Source of the DNA: Syntrophobacteraceae bacterium
GTDB lineage: Bacteria; Desulfobacterota; Syntrophobacteria; Syntrophobacterales; Syntrophobacteraceae
Length of the DNA: 64,000 nt
Direction: 5' to 3'
Assembly: GCA_049964955.1 (NCBI GenBank)
Contig: JBMFWU010000005.1
Span: forward strand, 4,090-68,089
Position numbers and translations under genes: made by a program. Shown in pieces: positions 38,426-48,122 of this stretch. The notes beneath the pieces were generated by a model that was not told the origin of the DNA, did no database searches, and saw only the letters and a program-made list of their open reading frames with translations. Each line of letters opens with the position of its first letter. Within the stretch, counting starts at the first letter, position 1.

Positions 38426-39367
38426 TTACCCGAGGGATTTGAAAAAGGGCGCGGATTTGTCCCAGAAACCGGGTTCGCTGCACCCTATGCAGGGATGTCC
38501 GGCCCCTACCGGCCAGTTGGTCCCCTCGTTGTACAGGACCTTGGGACAGTTGTTGTAGGTCTTGGGGCCCTTGCACCCCATCTGGTAGAGGCAGAAACCC
38601 TTCCGAGCTTCCTCGGAGTTAAAGCTTGTGACGAATTCGCCCGCATCGAAGTGAGACCTTCTGGGGCACTGATCATGGACAAGCTGGCCGTAGGCGAAAA
38701 GGGGGCGGCCCTGGGCGTCGAGCGCCGGCAGTTTGCCAAAGAGCAGATAATTGACGACGGTTCCCACGATATTGATCGGATTGGGGGGGCAGCCCGGGAT
38801 GTTTACGGTCTTTAGACCCGTCACTTCGGTGACACTCTTGGCCTGGGTGGGATTGGGAGAAGCCGCGGGCAATCCTCCGTAGGCCGAGCACGTACCGACT
38901 GCCAGGACGGCCAATGCCTTGGGTCCTATATCCTTTATCAACTCGACCATGGTCTTGCCGCCCACTTTCCCGAAATTTCCGTTATCGACGGTCGGAATCG
39001 CGCCGTCAACAATAAGCAGGAATTTCCCGGGATTTTTGGCGACCGCATCATGAAGGGACTTTTCTGCCGCTGTGCCGGAGGGCGCCATGATCGTGTCGGA
39101 ATAATCGAGCGAAATGATGTCGAGCAGCAACGTGTCGATCCATGGATAGGTTGTTCGCAGAGTCGCTTCCGCGCAGCCCGTGCATTCGGCCATCGCCAGC
39201 CACACTACGGGGGGCCGGTGAGGGCTTGTAAGGGCGGCGGCCACTTTGGGAGCGTATGCTGAGGACAGTCCCAACGTTGCGGTAAGGGCGCCGCAGTACT
39301 TCATGAAATCTCTTCGCGAGAGCCCCTTGCGCTCCAATCTATCCAAAAGATCTTTTTCTTGGCTCAT
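38426..39367 (-). CDS. [NiFe] hydrogenase small subunit with Tat signal
   Basis: Start ATG 39367 after [27 protein letters not shown] twin-arginine signal. [15 protein letters not shown] and CPPNP cluster motifs. Confidence 0.95.
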   Translation of the reverse strand: MSQEKDLLDRLERKGLSRRDFMKYCGALTATLGLSSAYAPKVAAALTSPHRPPVVWLAMAECTGCAEATLRTTYPWIDTLLLDIISLDYSDTIMAPSGTAAEKSLHDAVAKNPGKFLLIVDGAIPTVDNGNFGKVGGKTMVELIKDIGPKALAVLAVGTCSAYGGLPAASPNPTQAKSVTEVTGLKTVNIPGCPPNPINIVGTVVNYLLFGKLPALDAQGRPLFAYGQLVHDQCPRRSHFDAGEFVTSFNSEEARKGFCLYQMGCKGPKTYNNCPKVLYNEGTNWPVGAGHPCIGCSEPGFWDKSAPFFKSLG

Positions 39368-39665
39368 GAGTACCTCCTCCAGGCCATCAGACGATAAAAA
39401 AAACGGCAATTCTCTTCCAACACACCAATACGACTGCAAAAAAAAGCTTTTAGAATATGTGGGGGGGGAATGCAATACATTTTACGGGCCAAAATTTTTA
39501 TTCGCCACCCGGGAGTTTTTGCTTTCCCTTTTGCAGGAGCCGGATTAAATACCCGATGCAAATTATACGCAGTGAGAGCGGAGAGATGGAAGAGGGCCGG
39601 GCGCCGAATTTTTGACCGCTCTAAGCTACTTAATTGTAAGAAGTTTTGCAAGAAAGAAATTATCT

Positions 39666-41414
39666 ATGTTAAAGAAGGTCCTTAAATATCTTTGGCCCTA
39701 TCGGTTCCCTTTTCTTCTGGCGCTGCTCGAAGTGTTCATCATGAGCGGCTGCGAACTGTTAAAGCCCTGGCCGTTAAAGATCATAATCGACAACGTGCTG
39801 AGCGCAAAACCGGCCACCTGGAGTTTGCTCAAGGGATATTCTGCTACAGGCCTCCTGGTTCTTGCGACCGGCGGTCTTGTGGTCATATACATCGTTTTGG
39901 GCAGTGTCACGCTGTTAAACAACTACACTACCATCAAGATCGGTCAGAAGATGGTAAATGACATGCGCCGGGACCTCTACGCCCAACTGCAGCGGCTCTC
40001 CCTGGCCTTCCACAACCGCCGCCAGGTGGGAGACCTGCTCTACCGGGTCACCGCCGATACCTATGCCATCCAGAGCCTCACGATGAACGGGGTCTTCCCC
40101 ATCGTGACCGCCCTGGTCCTTTTGAGCGGCATGTTTGCCGTGATGATACGCATCGACTGGGAATTGACCCTTCTTTCCCTGAGTGTTATCCCGGCCCTTT
40201 TTGCCTCCATCTCCGTCATGAGCCGCAGGATCACTTCGGCCTCCATTCTGGCGCGCCAGCAGGAAAGCGAAGTCTATTCGGTCGTGCAGCGGGCGATGTC
40301 GGCCATACGCATCATCCAGGCCTTTACGAAAGAGGAAGAAGAGCACCGCAAGTTCATGAACGCAAGTGATCTGAGCCTGGAAGCGAGCCTCAAGCTCTAC
40401 ACCCTCCAGACCTTTTACTCGGGCATCGTAAACGTCGTGATGGCCGCCGGGACAGCGCTGGTTGTCTGGGTGGGGGCCAGGCACGTCCAAAGCGGGCAGC
40501 TCACGATCGGGGGGATAATCGTCTTTACGACCTACCTGGCTTCGCTCTACGGGCCCATAAATACGATCTGCCAGACCTGGGGCATGGTGCAGGGCGCCAA
40601 GGTGGGGGTGGACCGCGTCTTTGAGATCCTCGAGATCGAACGCGACATAAAGGAAGGTCCCCGCGCTTTTCCGAAATCGGGAACCAGGGGAAAGGTCGTC
40701 CTGGAAAACGTGAGCTTTCACTATTCGGCGCAGCAGTCGGTGCTAAAGGGCATAAACCTGAGCGTCAATCCGGGGGAGAAAATCGCTTTCGTGGGGCCGA
40801 CCGGCGTTGGAAAATCGACCCTGGTAAGCCTCATCCCGCGATTCTACGACCCGCAGGAAGGTCGAGTCCTTATCGATGATGTGGACATTTGCGAATACCA
40901 GCTCAAATCGCTTCGAGGCCAGATATCCATGGTCCTCCAGCCTCCGCTCGTCTTTCCGATTTCCGTCCGGGAAAACATCGCCTACGGAAGACCGGGGGCC
41001 TCGATCGAAGAGGTCGTAAACGCAGCCAAACTGGCCAGAATACACGATTCGATCGAAAGACTGCCCGAAAAATATGACACCGTCGTGGGAGAGCAGGGCG
41101 CCACACTTTCGGAAGGGGAGCGGCAGCGGATCACCATTGCCCGCGCCATTCTTCGCGATTCCCCGATTCTGATTCTCGACGAGCCGACTTCTTCGGTGGA
41201 TGCCGAAACCGAAGCGCTCATCATGGAGGGGCTCGAAGAGCTCTCCATGGGCCGAACCACCTTCATTATCGCCCACAGGCTTTCCACCGTCCGTAAAGCC
41301 GACCGGATCATCGTGCTTGGCAAAGGCGAGATCATCGAGCAGGGAAGTTTCAGCGAACTGATACGGGGGGAGGGGCCTTTTGCCGCGCTCTATCAATATC
41401 AATTCAGTGAATAG
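39666..41414 (+). CDS. ABC exporter, fused permease/ATPase (ABCB/MsbA-like)
   Basis: Six-TM N-terminal domain. GPTGVGKST (Walker A), LSEGERQRITIARAIL (signature), ILILDEPTS (Walker B). Start set at ATG 39666. Confidence 0.9.
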   Translation: MLKKVLKYLWPYRFPFLLALLEVFIMSGCELLKPWPLKIIIDNVLSAKPATWSLLKGYSATGLLVLATGGLVVIYIVLGSVTLLNNYTTIKIGQKMVNDMRRDLYAQLQRLSLAFHNRRQVGDLLYRVTADTYAIQSLTMNGVFPIVTALVLLSGMFAVMIRIDWELTLLSLSVIPALFASISVMSRRITSASILARQQESEVYSVVQRAMSAIRIIQAFTKEEEEHRKFMNASDLSLEASLKLYTLQTFYSGIVNVVMAAGTALVVWVGARHVQSGQLTIGGIIVFTTYLASLYGPINTICQTWGMVQGAKVGVDRVFEILEIERDIKEGPRAFPKSGTRGKVVLENVSFHYSAQQSVLKGINLSVNPGEKIAFVGPTGVGKSTLVSLIPRFYDPQEGRVLIDDVDICEYQLKSLRGQISMVLQPPLVFPISVRENIAYGRPGASIEEVVNAAKLARIHDSIERLPEKYDTVVGEQGATLSEGERQRITIARAILRDSPILILDEPTSSVDAETEALIMEGLEELSMGRTTFIIAHRLSTVRKADRIIVLGKGEIIEQGSFSELIRGEGPFAALYQYQFSE

Positions 41415-41453
41415 TTGTTAGTTGCTAGTTGTTAGTTGTTAGTTGTTGGTTGT
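41412..41453 (+). repeat. heptanucleotide array, family B (6 units)
   Basis: TAGTTGT TAGTTGC TAGTTGT TAGTTGT TAGTTGT TGGTTGT. The first TAG (41412-41414) is the stop codon of the ABC exporter gene. Confidence 0.9.
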
Positions 41454-41483
41454 TGGGCGTCAGATACTAAACATTGAGGGGCT

Positions 41484-43457
41484 TTGCTTTTGCGGCGCAG
41501 GGGTACGCTTTTTTTTCTTGTCATGGTTTTACTCGCCAGGGCGGCTTTTGCCGGTCCGTTGCATACGCACCGGACTGGAGCACAGCTCAAAGGATGGAGC
41601 ACGGCGGATATAAACGGGGTCGAATGGCTGATCGATCCGCAGGGAAAGCCTTTTTATTCGAAGGGCGTCGATATCGTCTCCGCCGGAATCAAAAGCGAAA
41701 AGAGCCTGGCCGGCCACGCATTTTTCTGGGCCAACTTCTACCCGACGCTCAATCGATGGCGCGCCGAAGTCGGAGAAAGACTCCGGAAATGGGGGTTCAA
41801 TACTCTCGGGGGCTGGTCGGACAGTTCCCCCAAAATCGGGCTGCCCCTCATGGTGGATCTGGAGCTGGGCCGCAACTCCCACTACCACTGGTTCGATCCC
41901 TTCGATCCGGAGATGGGAAAAATTACCATGGAGAAGGCCCGGGAACTCACCGCCCCGTATCGAAACCTGCCCCAACTCATAGGATACTTTAGCGACAATG
42001 AAGTCGGGTGGTGGAACTCGGCCCTTTTCATCTGGTATCTGAAGGCCCCGTGGGAAAACTACACCAAGCGGTTCTTGTGGCAAATGATCTACAATACCTA
42101 TGGAGGCGACTGGAAGGCCCTTCTTGCCGACTGGTCCCCGCAGAATGGGGCGAAGAGTTTCGAGGACCTTAAAAAGACCGGGGCCGCAATGAAATTGAGG
42201 CCGGGTGGAAACGGCATCCGGCTGGTCGACCGGTTTATGAGCGCGGTCGCCGGCCGCTACTACAAGCTGATGTACCGGGCGATCAAGGCTGCGGACCCAC
42301 GGGCGCTCGTGCTGGGAGACCGGCTGCCGCTCTATTATCACCAGGATGTCATACGGGCGATGGGAAACAATGTCGACGTGATTTCGACCAACTATAACGT
42401 CGATTCTCCCGACGGATGGGTTGCGCCCTACTACTTCGACGGGCTGCGAAAACTCAGCAAAAAGCCCGTTTTGATAAGCGAGTTCTTCTTTTCCTCCACG
42501 GAAAACCGGAGCGGCAATCTCAACGAGGATTTCGGCAGCCTCCATCCGAACCCTGGCCACCTCATGACCGTCCCCACCCAGGCAGAGCGGGTGTGGGGAG
42601 CGGGCCGGGCGGTGCTAAACTTTGCCCGGTTCCCGAACGTCGTTGGCGCCCAGTGGTTTCAATACTGCGACGAACCGCTCGGGGGACGCGACGACGGCGA
42701 AGACTACGACATGGGGCTTATCGACACATCCAACAGGCCCTACCGGAGGCTGACCGAACAGTTCCGCAAAATCAACCCGGTTCTTGATAAGACGCACGAA
42801 GAGAGCCGGGAGTTTACCGGGAAGCGCTCCGGAAAGCCCGGGCCGGTTGCTGTGCCTCAGGCCCATTACCGGATCAATGTCCAGGACCAATCGCTTGTCG
42901 AATGGGACAAGGAAAAAACGCTTCTTGCGGGCTTTACGGCCCCGTCGCCCCATGTGCCCTTTGCCGAGGTCCACCTTACCTGGAGGCCCGAGGGGTTCTA
43001 TCTTTTCAGCCTCTCCAATGTCTACGTAAACCCCGATTTCCTTGCCTACAGCGGACAATTTCCCAGGTCCGAAGCCTTTCAGCTCCATTTCACCGTGGAA
43101 CATGAGGGTGTGCGAAAGCACCTGGCCATATATCTCGTACCCCACAACAATCCTTCGGCCCCCGACGGGTTTGGGATCGCCCCGCAGCTTTTCCGGCTCG
43201 AAAACGCCGTCTGCGTGCAGAAGCTCGCAAACGCCGGCCACGTGCAAAGGATTGACGAATCCCTCCCCCACATCGCCATAGAGGCATTTTTTCCGGCCAA
43301 ATGGTTCGGGGTCGATGGATTGAAGGCCGGGATGCGTTTTCGGGTCAATATCGGAATGATCAGCTATTTTCGGGAGTTTACCATGTCGTGGGCCGGTATT
43401 CCCGAGGTGGGGGCGATCACCTCGCCCGCGGATTTCAGGGAGATCGTTTTGAAATAA
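41484..43457 (+). CDS. secreted protein, putative clan GH-A-like glycoside hydrolase
   Basis: TTG start gives the signal peptide MLLRRRGTLFFLVMVLLARAAFA. FNTLGGWSD, YFSDNEVGWW (NE acid/base-like) and LISEFFFS (nucleophile-like) suggest a TIM-barrel glycosidase. The C-terminal about 200 aa are unassigned. Confidence 0.45.
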   Translation: MLLRRRGTLFFLVMVLLARAAFAGPLHTHRTGAQLKGWSTADINGVEWLIDPQGKPFYSKGVDIVSAGIKSEKSLAGHAFFWANFYPTLNRWRAEVGERLRKWGFNTLGGWSDSSPKIGLPLMVDLELGRNSHYHWFDPFDPEMGKITMEKARELTAPYRNLPQLIGYFSDNEVGWWNSALFIWYLKAPWENYTKRFLWQMIYNTYGGDWKALLADWSPQNGAKSFEDLKKTGAAMKLRPGGNGIRLVDRFMSAVAGRYYKLMYRAIKAADPRALVLGDRLPLYYHQDVIRAMGNNVDVISTNYNVDSPDGWVAPYYFDGLRKLSKKPVLISEFFFSSTENRSGNLNEDFGSLHPNPGHLMTVPTQAERVWGAGRAVLNFARFPNVVGAQWFQYCDEPLGGRDDGEDYDMGLIDTSNRPYRRLTEQFRKINPVLDKTHEESREFTGKRSGKPGPVAVPQAHYRINVQDQSLVEWDKEKTLLAGFTAPSPHVPFAEVHLTWRPEGFYLFSLSNVYVNPDFLAYSGQFPRSEAFQLHFTVEHEGVRKHLAIYLVPHNNPSAPDGFGIAPQLFRLENAVCVQKLANAGHVQRIDESLPHIAIEAFFPAKWFGVDGLKAGMRFRVNIGMISYFREFTMSWAGIPEVGAITSPADFREIVLK

Positions 43458-43518
43458 GATGCTATACTGGGAACTGAGGGATATGGTTTCTGAAGTGTGA
43501 AGCGGAGAGGTAAAAGAT

Positions 43519-44874
43519 ATGTTCGACACCCTGTCGGGAAAGTTGGAAAAGGTCTTCAAGAATTTGCGCGGCCTGGGGAAGCTCTCCGAGTCCAATATCA
43601 AGGAGGCTTTGCGGGAAGTCCGAATGGCGCTGCTCGAAGCCGATGTCCACTACAAGGTGGCCAAGGATTTCGTTGCGGGTATCGGTGAGCGGGCTGTGGG
43701 GCAGGAGGTGATGCAGAGTCTTACCCCCGGCCAGCAGGTCATAAAGATCGTCCACGAGGAGCTATCGGCCCTCATGGGGGGGAGCGCCGAGCCGCTCAAA
43801 CTCTCCGGGCGGCCTCCGGTCGCCGTCATGATGGTCGGGCTTCAAGGCTCCGGGAAAACGACCACTACCGGAAAGCTCGCCCGCAAACTCGCAAGCGACG
43901 GCAGAAGACCCTGTCTTGTCCCGGCAGATGTGTATCGACCCGCCGCCATCGAGCAGCTCATCACCCTTGCCGGGCAATTGAAGCTCCCGGTCTATGCGTC
44001 CAAATCCAGCCAAAAGCCGGAGCGAATTGCCGAAGAGGCGCTCAATTTCGCCCGCCAGGAAAATTGCGACACCCTCCTGGTCGATACGGCCGGGCGGTTG
44101 CATATCGACTCCGAACTCATGGAGGAGCTCTCGCGGTTAAAGACCATTCTGTCTCCCGCAGAAGTGCTCCTGGTGGCCGATTCGATGACCGGCCAGGACG
44201 CGGTGCAGATTGCCGGGGCCTTTAACGAAAAGCTGGGCCTTACCGGGGTCATCCTCACCAAGCTCGACGGCGATGCGCGCGGCGGGGCGGCCCTTTCCAT
44301 CCGCTCGGTCACCAAGTGCCCGATAAAATTTGTGGGTGTGGGCGAAAAAATGGACGCCCTCGAAGTGTTTTACCCCGACAGGATGAGTTCGCGAATTCTT
44401 GGCATGGGAGATGTTCTCACCATGATCGAAAAGGCCCAGGAGGCCTTTGACGAAAAAGAGGCCGAGGAGATCGCGCGAAAATTCCGCCAGGATGCCTTCA
44501 CCTTGGAGGATTTTCTCTCTCAGCTCCAGCAGGTGAGAAAAATGGGCTCGTTTGAACAGATCATGAGCATGCTCCCCGGTATGGGGGCGCTAAAAGAGCT
44601 CAAAAAACTCAAGGTCGATGAAAAAGAATTCGTGCGCATGGAAGCCATCATCCACTCGATGACCCGGGAGGAGCGTAGAAACGTCGATGTATTGAACGCG
44701 AGCCGCAGGCGGAGGATCGCCACCGGGAGCGGGACGAGCGTTCAGGACGTCAACCGGCTTCTCAAGGGCTACGAGGATTCGCGCAGGATGATGCGGCAGA
44801 TGATGGGCGGAGGCGCCGGGGCGAAGAAAAAGAAGGGGAAGGCGCGGCGGAAGGGTTCATTTTTCCCTTTTTAA
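43519..44874 (+). CDS. ffh: signal recognition particle protein
   Basis: 451 aa. GLQGSGKTTT, DTAGR, TKLDGDARGG, Met-rich M domain. Confidence 0.97.
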   Translation: MFDTLSGKLEKVFKNLRGLGKLSESNIKEALREVRMALLEADVHYKVAKDFVAGIGERAVGQEVMQSLTPGQQVIKIVHEELSALMGGSAEPLKLSGRPPVAVMMVGLQGSGKTTTTGKLARKLASDGRRPCLVPADVYRPAAIEQLITLAGQLKLPVYASKSSQKPERIAEEALNFARQENCDTLLVDTAGRLHIDSELMEELSRLKTILSPAEVLLVADSMTGQDAVQIAGAFNEKLGLTGVILTKLDGDARGGAALSIRSVTKCPIKFVGVGEKMDALEVFYPDRMSSRILGMGDVLTMIEKAQEAFDEKEAEEIARKFRQDAFTLEDFLSQLQQVRKMGSFEQIMSMLPGMGALKELKKLKVDEKEFVRMEAIIHSMTREERRNVDVLNASRRRRIATGSGTSVQDVNRLLKGYEDSRRMMRQMMGGGAGAKKKKGKARRKGSFFPF

Positions 44875-45047
44875 TCTTGCGATTATGCATTATATAGGTG
44901 AATTTTACCGTGCCGGTAAATGGCGAGTCGTGCGTCGTGAGTCCGCACACTCTCGGCATGGTGGTGATTTCCCGGACAAATGGCGCCCCTCAGGGCGCAG
45001 CAGTTCCCGCACCCGGCGTGTGGAGGAAAACAGGAGGTCTAGAGTTA

Positions 45048-45293
45048 ATGCCGGTTAAAATTCGTTTGGCACGTGGTGGCAGGAAAAAAAGGCCGTTTTA
45101 CAGGATCGTTGTCGCTTCCTCGGAGGCGCCGCGCGACGGCAGGTTCATAGAAAACATCGGGACCTACGACCCTCTTCCGATGGAGACGAAAGTGCATATC
45201 GACAGCGAGAGGCTCCAGTACTGGTTGGGGCAGGGCGCACAACCGACCGATACCGTTCGCAGCCTGATCGGAAAACATGCGAAACTGAGCTAG
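45048..45293 (+). CDS. rpsP: 30S ribosomal protein S16
   Basis: [25 protein letters not shown]. Start ATG 45048 after AGGAGG. Confidence 0.95.
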   Translation: MPVKIRLARGGRKKRPFYRIVVASSEAPRDGRFIENIGTYDPLPMETKVHIDSERLQYWLGQGAQPTDTVRSLIGKHAKLS

Positions 45294-45333
45294 ATTTCCA
45301 ATTGGACCCAGCGCATTCACCCCGGAGGAAGTC

Positions 45334-45567
45334 ATGTTGAAGGAACTGATCGAGTTTATGGCGCGTGCCTTGGTGGATAACCCGGAAAAGGTGAAGGTTT
45401 CGGAGATAGAAGGCGAACAGACCTCCGTTATCGAACTGCGGGTATCCAAAGAGGACCTCGGCAAAGTTATCGGCAAGCAGGGGCGCACCGCCCGCGCCAT
45501 GAGAACGATCCTCAGCGCCGCATCGACGAAGATCCGCAAAAGGGCCGTTTTGGAGATAATCGAATAG
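45334..45567 (+). CDS. KH-domain RNA-binding protein (UPF0109/YlqC)
   Basis: 77 aa. [10 protein letters not shown]...[20 protein letters not shown] (GxxG KH motif). Conserved position between rpsP and rimM. Confidence 0.9.
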   Translation: MLKELIEFMARALVDNPEKVKVSEIEGEQTSVIELRVSKEDLGKVIGKQGRTARAMRTILSAASTKIRKRAVLEIIE

Positions 45568-45572
45568 AACCG

Positions 45573-46085
45573 ATGAAAGAGTCCCTTCTGGTTCCCATAG
45601 GGAAGGTGACGAGGCCCCACGGGATCCGGGGCGCCCTCAAGGTATTTGCCTACGGCGAAACCCTTGACCGGATGCGTGTCGGCGAGAGACTGTTTGCGAA
45701 GGAAAGCGGAGCACGACGTCAGTTGACCCTGGCAAGTCTTCGCGCACAGAATCGGGTGTGGATCGTCGAGTTCGAGGAAATAGAAAGCCGGGACCAGGCC
45801 GAATCTCTAACGGGCCGGGAGATTTTTATCGAAAGCGAGCGGCTGCCGGACTTGCCCGAGGGGGAGTTCTACCAGTTTCAACTCATCGGGCTTTCGGTGG
45901 AGACCCGGGAGGGAAGGTCCCTGGGGACCGTGAGCGCTATTCTGGAAACCGGAAGCAACGATGTCTACGTGGTGGAAGGCGGCGGCAGGGAAGTGCTCGT
46001 CCCGGCTATCGAAGAGGTCGTACGCGAGGTCGATCTGAAAAACGGCAAAATTGTGGTGGAGCTGCCCGAGGGCCTCGAGTCATGA
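45573..46085 (+). CDS. rimM: ribosome maturation factor RimM
   Basis: 170 aa. [31 protein letters not shown]-barrel C-terminus. Confidence 0.9.
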   Translation: MKESLLVPIGKVTRPHGIRGALKVFAYGETLDRMRVGERLFAKESGARRQLTLASLRAQNRVWIVEFEEIESRDQAESLTGREIFIESERLPDLPEGEFYQFQLIGLSVETREGRSLGTVSAILETGSNDVYVVEGGGREVLVPAIEEVVREVDLKNGKIVVELPEGLES

Positions 46086-46807
46086 TCTTTGACATTCTTA
46101 CGATTTTCCCTTCCATGTTTACTTCTCCCCTGGAAGAAAGCATGGTGGGTAAGGCTCGCGAGCGCGGTCTCATCGAGGTTCGTGTGCATAATATCCGCGA
46201 TTTCGCATCCGGAAGACACCTGATGACCGACGACCGACCCTTCGGGGGCGGCGAGGGAATGGTGATGAAACCCGAGCCGATCGTGGGGGCCCTGCGCGCG
46301 ATCGGCGCAAACGGTCCGAGCGCTGCGACCATATTGATGACTCCCCAGGGACGGCTGTTCAACCAGGAGACGGCCCGCCGGTTGAGCCGGCTGCCTCGCC
46401 TGATCCTCATCTGCGGCCGGTACGAGGGAGTTGACGAACGGGTGGCGGACTACTTTACCGACGACCAGATATCGATCGGCGACTATGTGCTGACAGGCGG
46501 AGAGCTTGCGGCCATGGTGGTTGTGGACGCGGTCGCCCGCTTGCTCCCCGGGGTTTTGGGTAACGAGGGCTCGGCTCTGGAGGATTCTTTCAGTGAGGCG
46601 GTCCTGGAGTATCCCCACTACACGCGGCCAAGGGATTTCGAAGGGCTGAGCGTGCCGCCGGTGCTTCTTTGCGGCAACCATGAAACCATTCGCCGCTGGC
46701 GTCGCACCCAGGCTTTGCTCAGAACCAAAATGCGCCGCCCGGATCTTTTCGAGCGGCTGGAACTCAGCCCCGAGGACCGGGAACTGCTGGAAGAGGGTAA
46801 AAACTAA
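46082..46807 (+). CDS. trmD: tRNA (guanine37-N1)-methyltransferase
   Basis: [13 protein letters not shown]..., [45 protein letters not shown] overlap with rimM. Confidence 0.95.
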   Translation: MIFDILTIFPSMFTSPLEESMVGKARERGLIEVRVHNIRDFASGRHLMTDDRPFGGGEGMVMKPEPIVGALRAIGANGPSAATILMTPQGRLFNQETARRLSRLPRLILICGRYEGVDERVADYFTDDQISIGDYVLTGGELAAMVVVDAVARLLPGVLGNEGSALEDSFSEAVLEYPHYTRPRDFEGLSVPPVLLCGNHETIRRWRRTQALLRTKMRRPDLFERLELSPEDRELLEEGKN

Positions 46808-46810
46808 ACT

Positions 46811-47374
46811 GTGGGTCGGCTTTATTTGGCTCTTGCGCATTATCCCGTCCTCAACAGGATGGGCGATACAATCGCCTCGGCGATTACCAACCTCGATCTT
46901 CACGATCTTGCGCGTGCGAGCCGCACCTACGGCGTGGGGGCCTGTTTTATCGTTACGCCTCTGAAGGACCAGCAGGATCTGGCAGGAAGGCTCACGAGGC
47001 ACTGGATCGAAGGGGTGGGGGGGCAAATCCTGCCTGAGAGGCGCGAGGCGTTGCTGCTTCTCAAGGTGGTGGAGACCATTTCTTCGGCAATAGAGGACCT
47101 GGAGCGAAGGGATGGAAAACCTCCCCGCATCTGGGCCACCTCGGCAAAAAACAGAGGCGACTGTCTGGCTCACAGCCGCGCCCGGCAGCTGCTCGAACAG
47201 GAAGACCGTTCTTTTCTGCTTATCCTCGGGACAGGCTGGGGCCTTGCACCCGAGATTTTCGCCATCGCAGACGAGGTCCTCGAACCCATTGCGGGCGTAA
47301 ACGGCTACAATCACCTTCCCGTGCGCTCCGCCGCATCGATCCTGATGGACCGGCTTTTGGGAAGACCGACTTAA
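46811..47374 (+). CDS. predicted SPOUT-type RNA methyltransferase (Methyltrn_RNA_4/DUF2168-like)
   Basis: 187 aa, GTG start. [36 protein letters not shown] and LILGTGWGL...[16 protein letters not shown] match my memory of this family, which often sits next to trmD. Confidence 0.5.
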   Translation: MGRLYLALAHYPVLNRMGDTIASAITNLDLHDLARASRTYGVGACFIVTPLKDQQDLAGRLTRHWIEGVGGQILPERREALLLLKVVETISSAIEDLERRDGKPPRIWATSAKNRGDCLAHSRARQLLEQEDRSFLLILGTGWGLAPEIFAIADEVLEPIAGVNGYNHLPVRSAASILMDRLLGRPT

Positions 47375-47387
47375 TGGAGGAATCAAA

Positions 47388-47750
47388 ATGGCAATGAGTA
47401 TGCTTCAGTTGATCGAAATCGATCACATGCGCTTCGATATCCCCGCCTACAGGATCGGGGACACGGTCAAGGTGCACGTGAAAATCCGTGAAGGGGATAA
47501 AGAGCGCATCCAGGTGTTCGAGGGGATCGTGATTCGCACCCACAGGGCAAAGATGGGCGCAACGATCACCGTGCGCAAGGTGTCCTACGGGGTGGGTGTC
47601 GAGCGTATCTTCCCCATTCATTCCCCCCAGGTGGAAAAAATCGAGATTTTGCGCAGAGGTCGTGTGCGAAGGTCCCGGCTCTACTATCTGCGGAAAAGAG
47701 TCGGCAAGGCTGCCAGGATCCGCGAAAGGCGCGAACCGGTCAAAGGGTAA
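47388..47750 (+). CDS. rplS: 50S ribosomal protein L19
   Basis: [44 protein letters not shown]. Confidence 0.95.
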   Translation: MAMSMLQLIEIDHMRFDIPAYRIGDTVKVHVKIREGDKERIQVFEGIVIRTHRAKMGATITVRKVSYGVGVERIFPIHSPQVEKIEILRRGRVRRSRLYYLRKRVGKAARIRERREPVKG

Positions 47751-47782
47751 GGCTTCCCCCGCGAGGCGAGAGCAGCCAATGC

Positions 47783-47826
47783 GGCGGGCCGGTGCTCCGG
47801 CCCGCCCGCCCGGCCCCTTCTTTTTC
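47783..47826 (+). terminator. hairpin plus T-run after rplS
   Basis: GGCGGGCCGG-tgct-CCGGCCCGCC perfect 10-bp stem (47783-47806). A CTTCTTTTT run follows about 12 nt later, so the spacing is not ideal. Confidence 0.5.
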
Positions 47827-48122
47827 GTGCTTCCCCCCCACGAGTGATGCCTGTTCCACGACCTATAGCGCCTCCGTCGGCGTAGAAACCCCTCTTAGCG
47901 GCGCTTTCCCCCTCCACCCCCTGTTGTTCCGGCCCTTTTCCCCACACCCTTGCAGGAAAATTGCGGGGCGATGCCCTCGTGCCTCTTTTTGCGAACGGAT
48001 AATGATTACTATCTTGTTATTGGCCCTCTGAATACCTAAATAAGTGCTCCGTCAGTCGTACCGGGGAAATATATATATTACGACTCGTGAAAAAAGAGCA
48101 ATTCAGGTGAGAAAGGATACGC

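Noticed and set aside
39393-39412. Sigma-54-like TTGGAAGAGAATTGC upstream of the hydrogenase small subunit (minus strand)
   Set aside because: The GG-to-GC spacing is one nucleotide too short.
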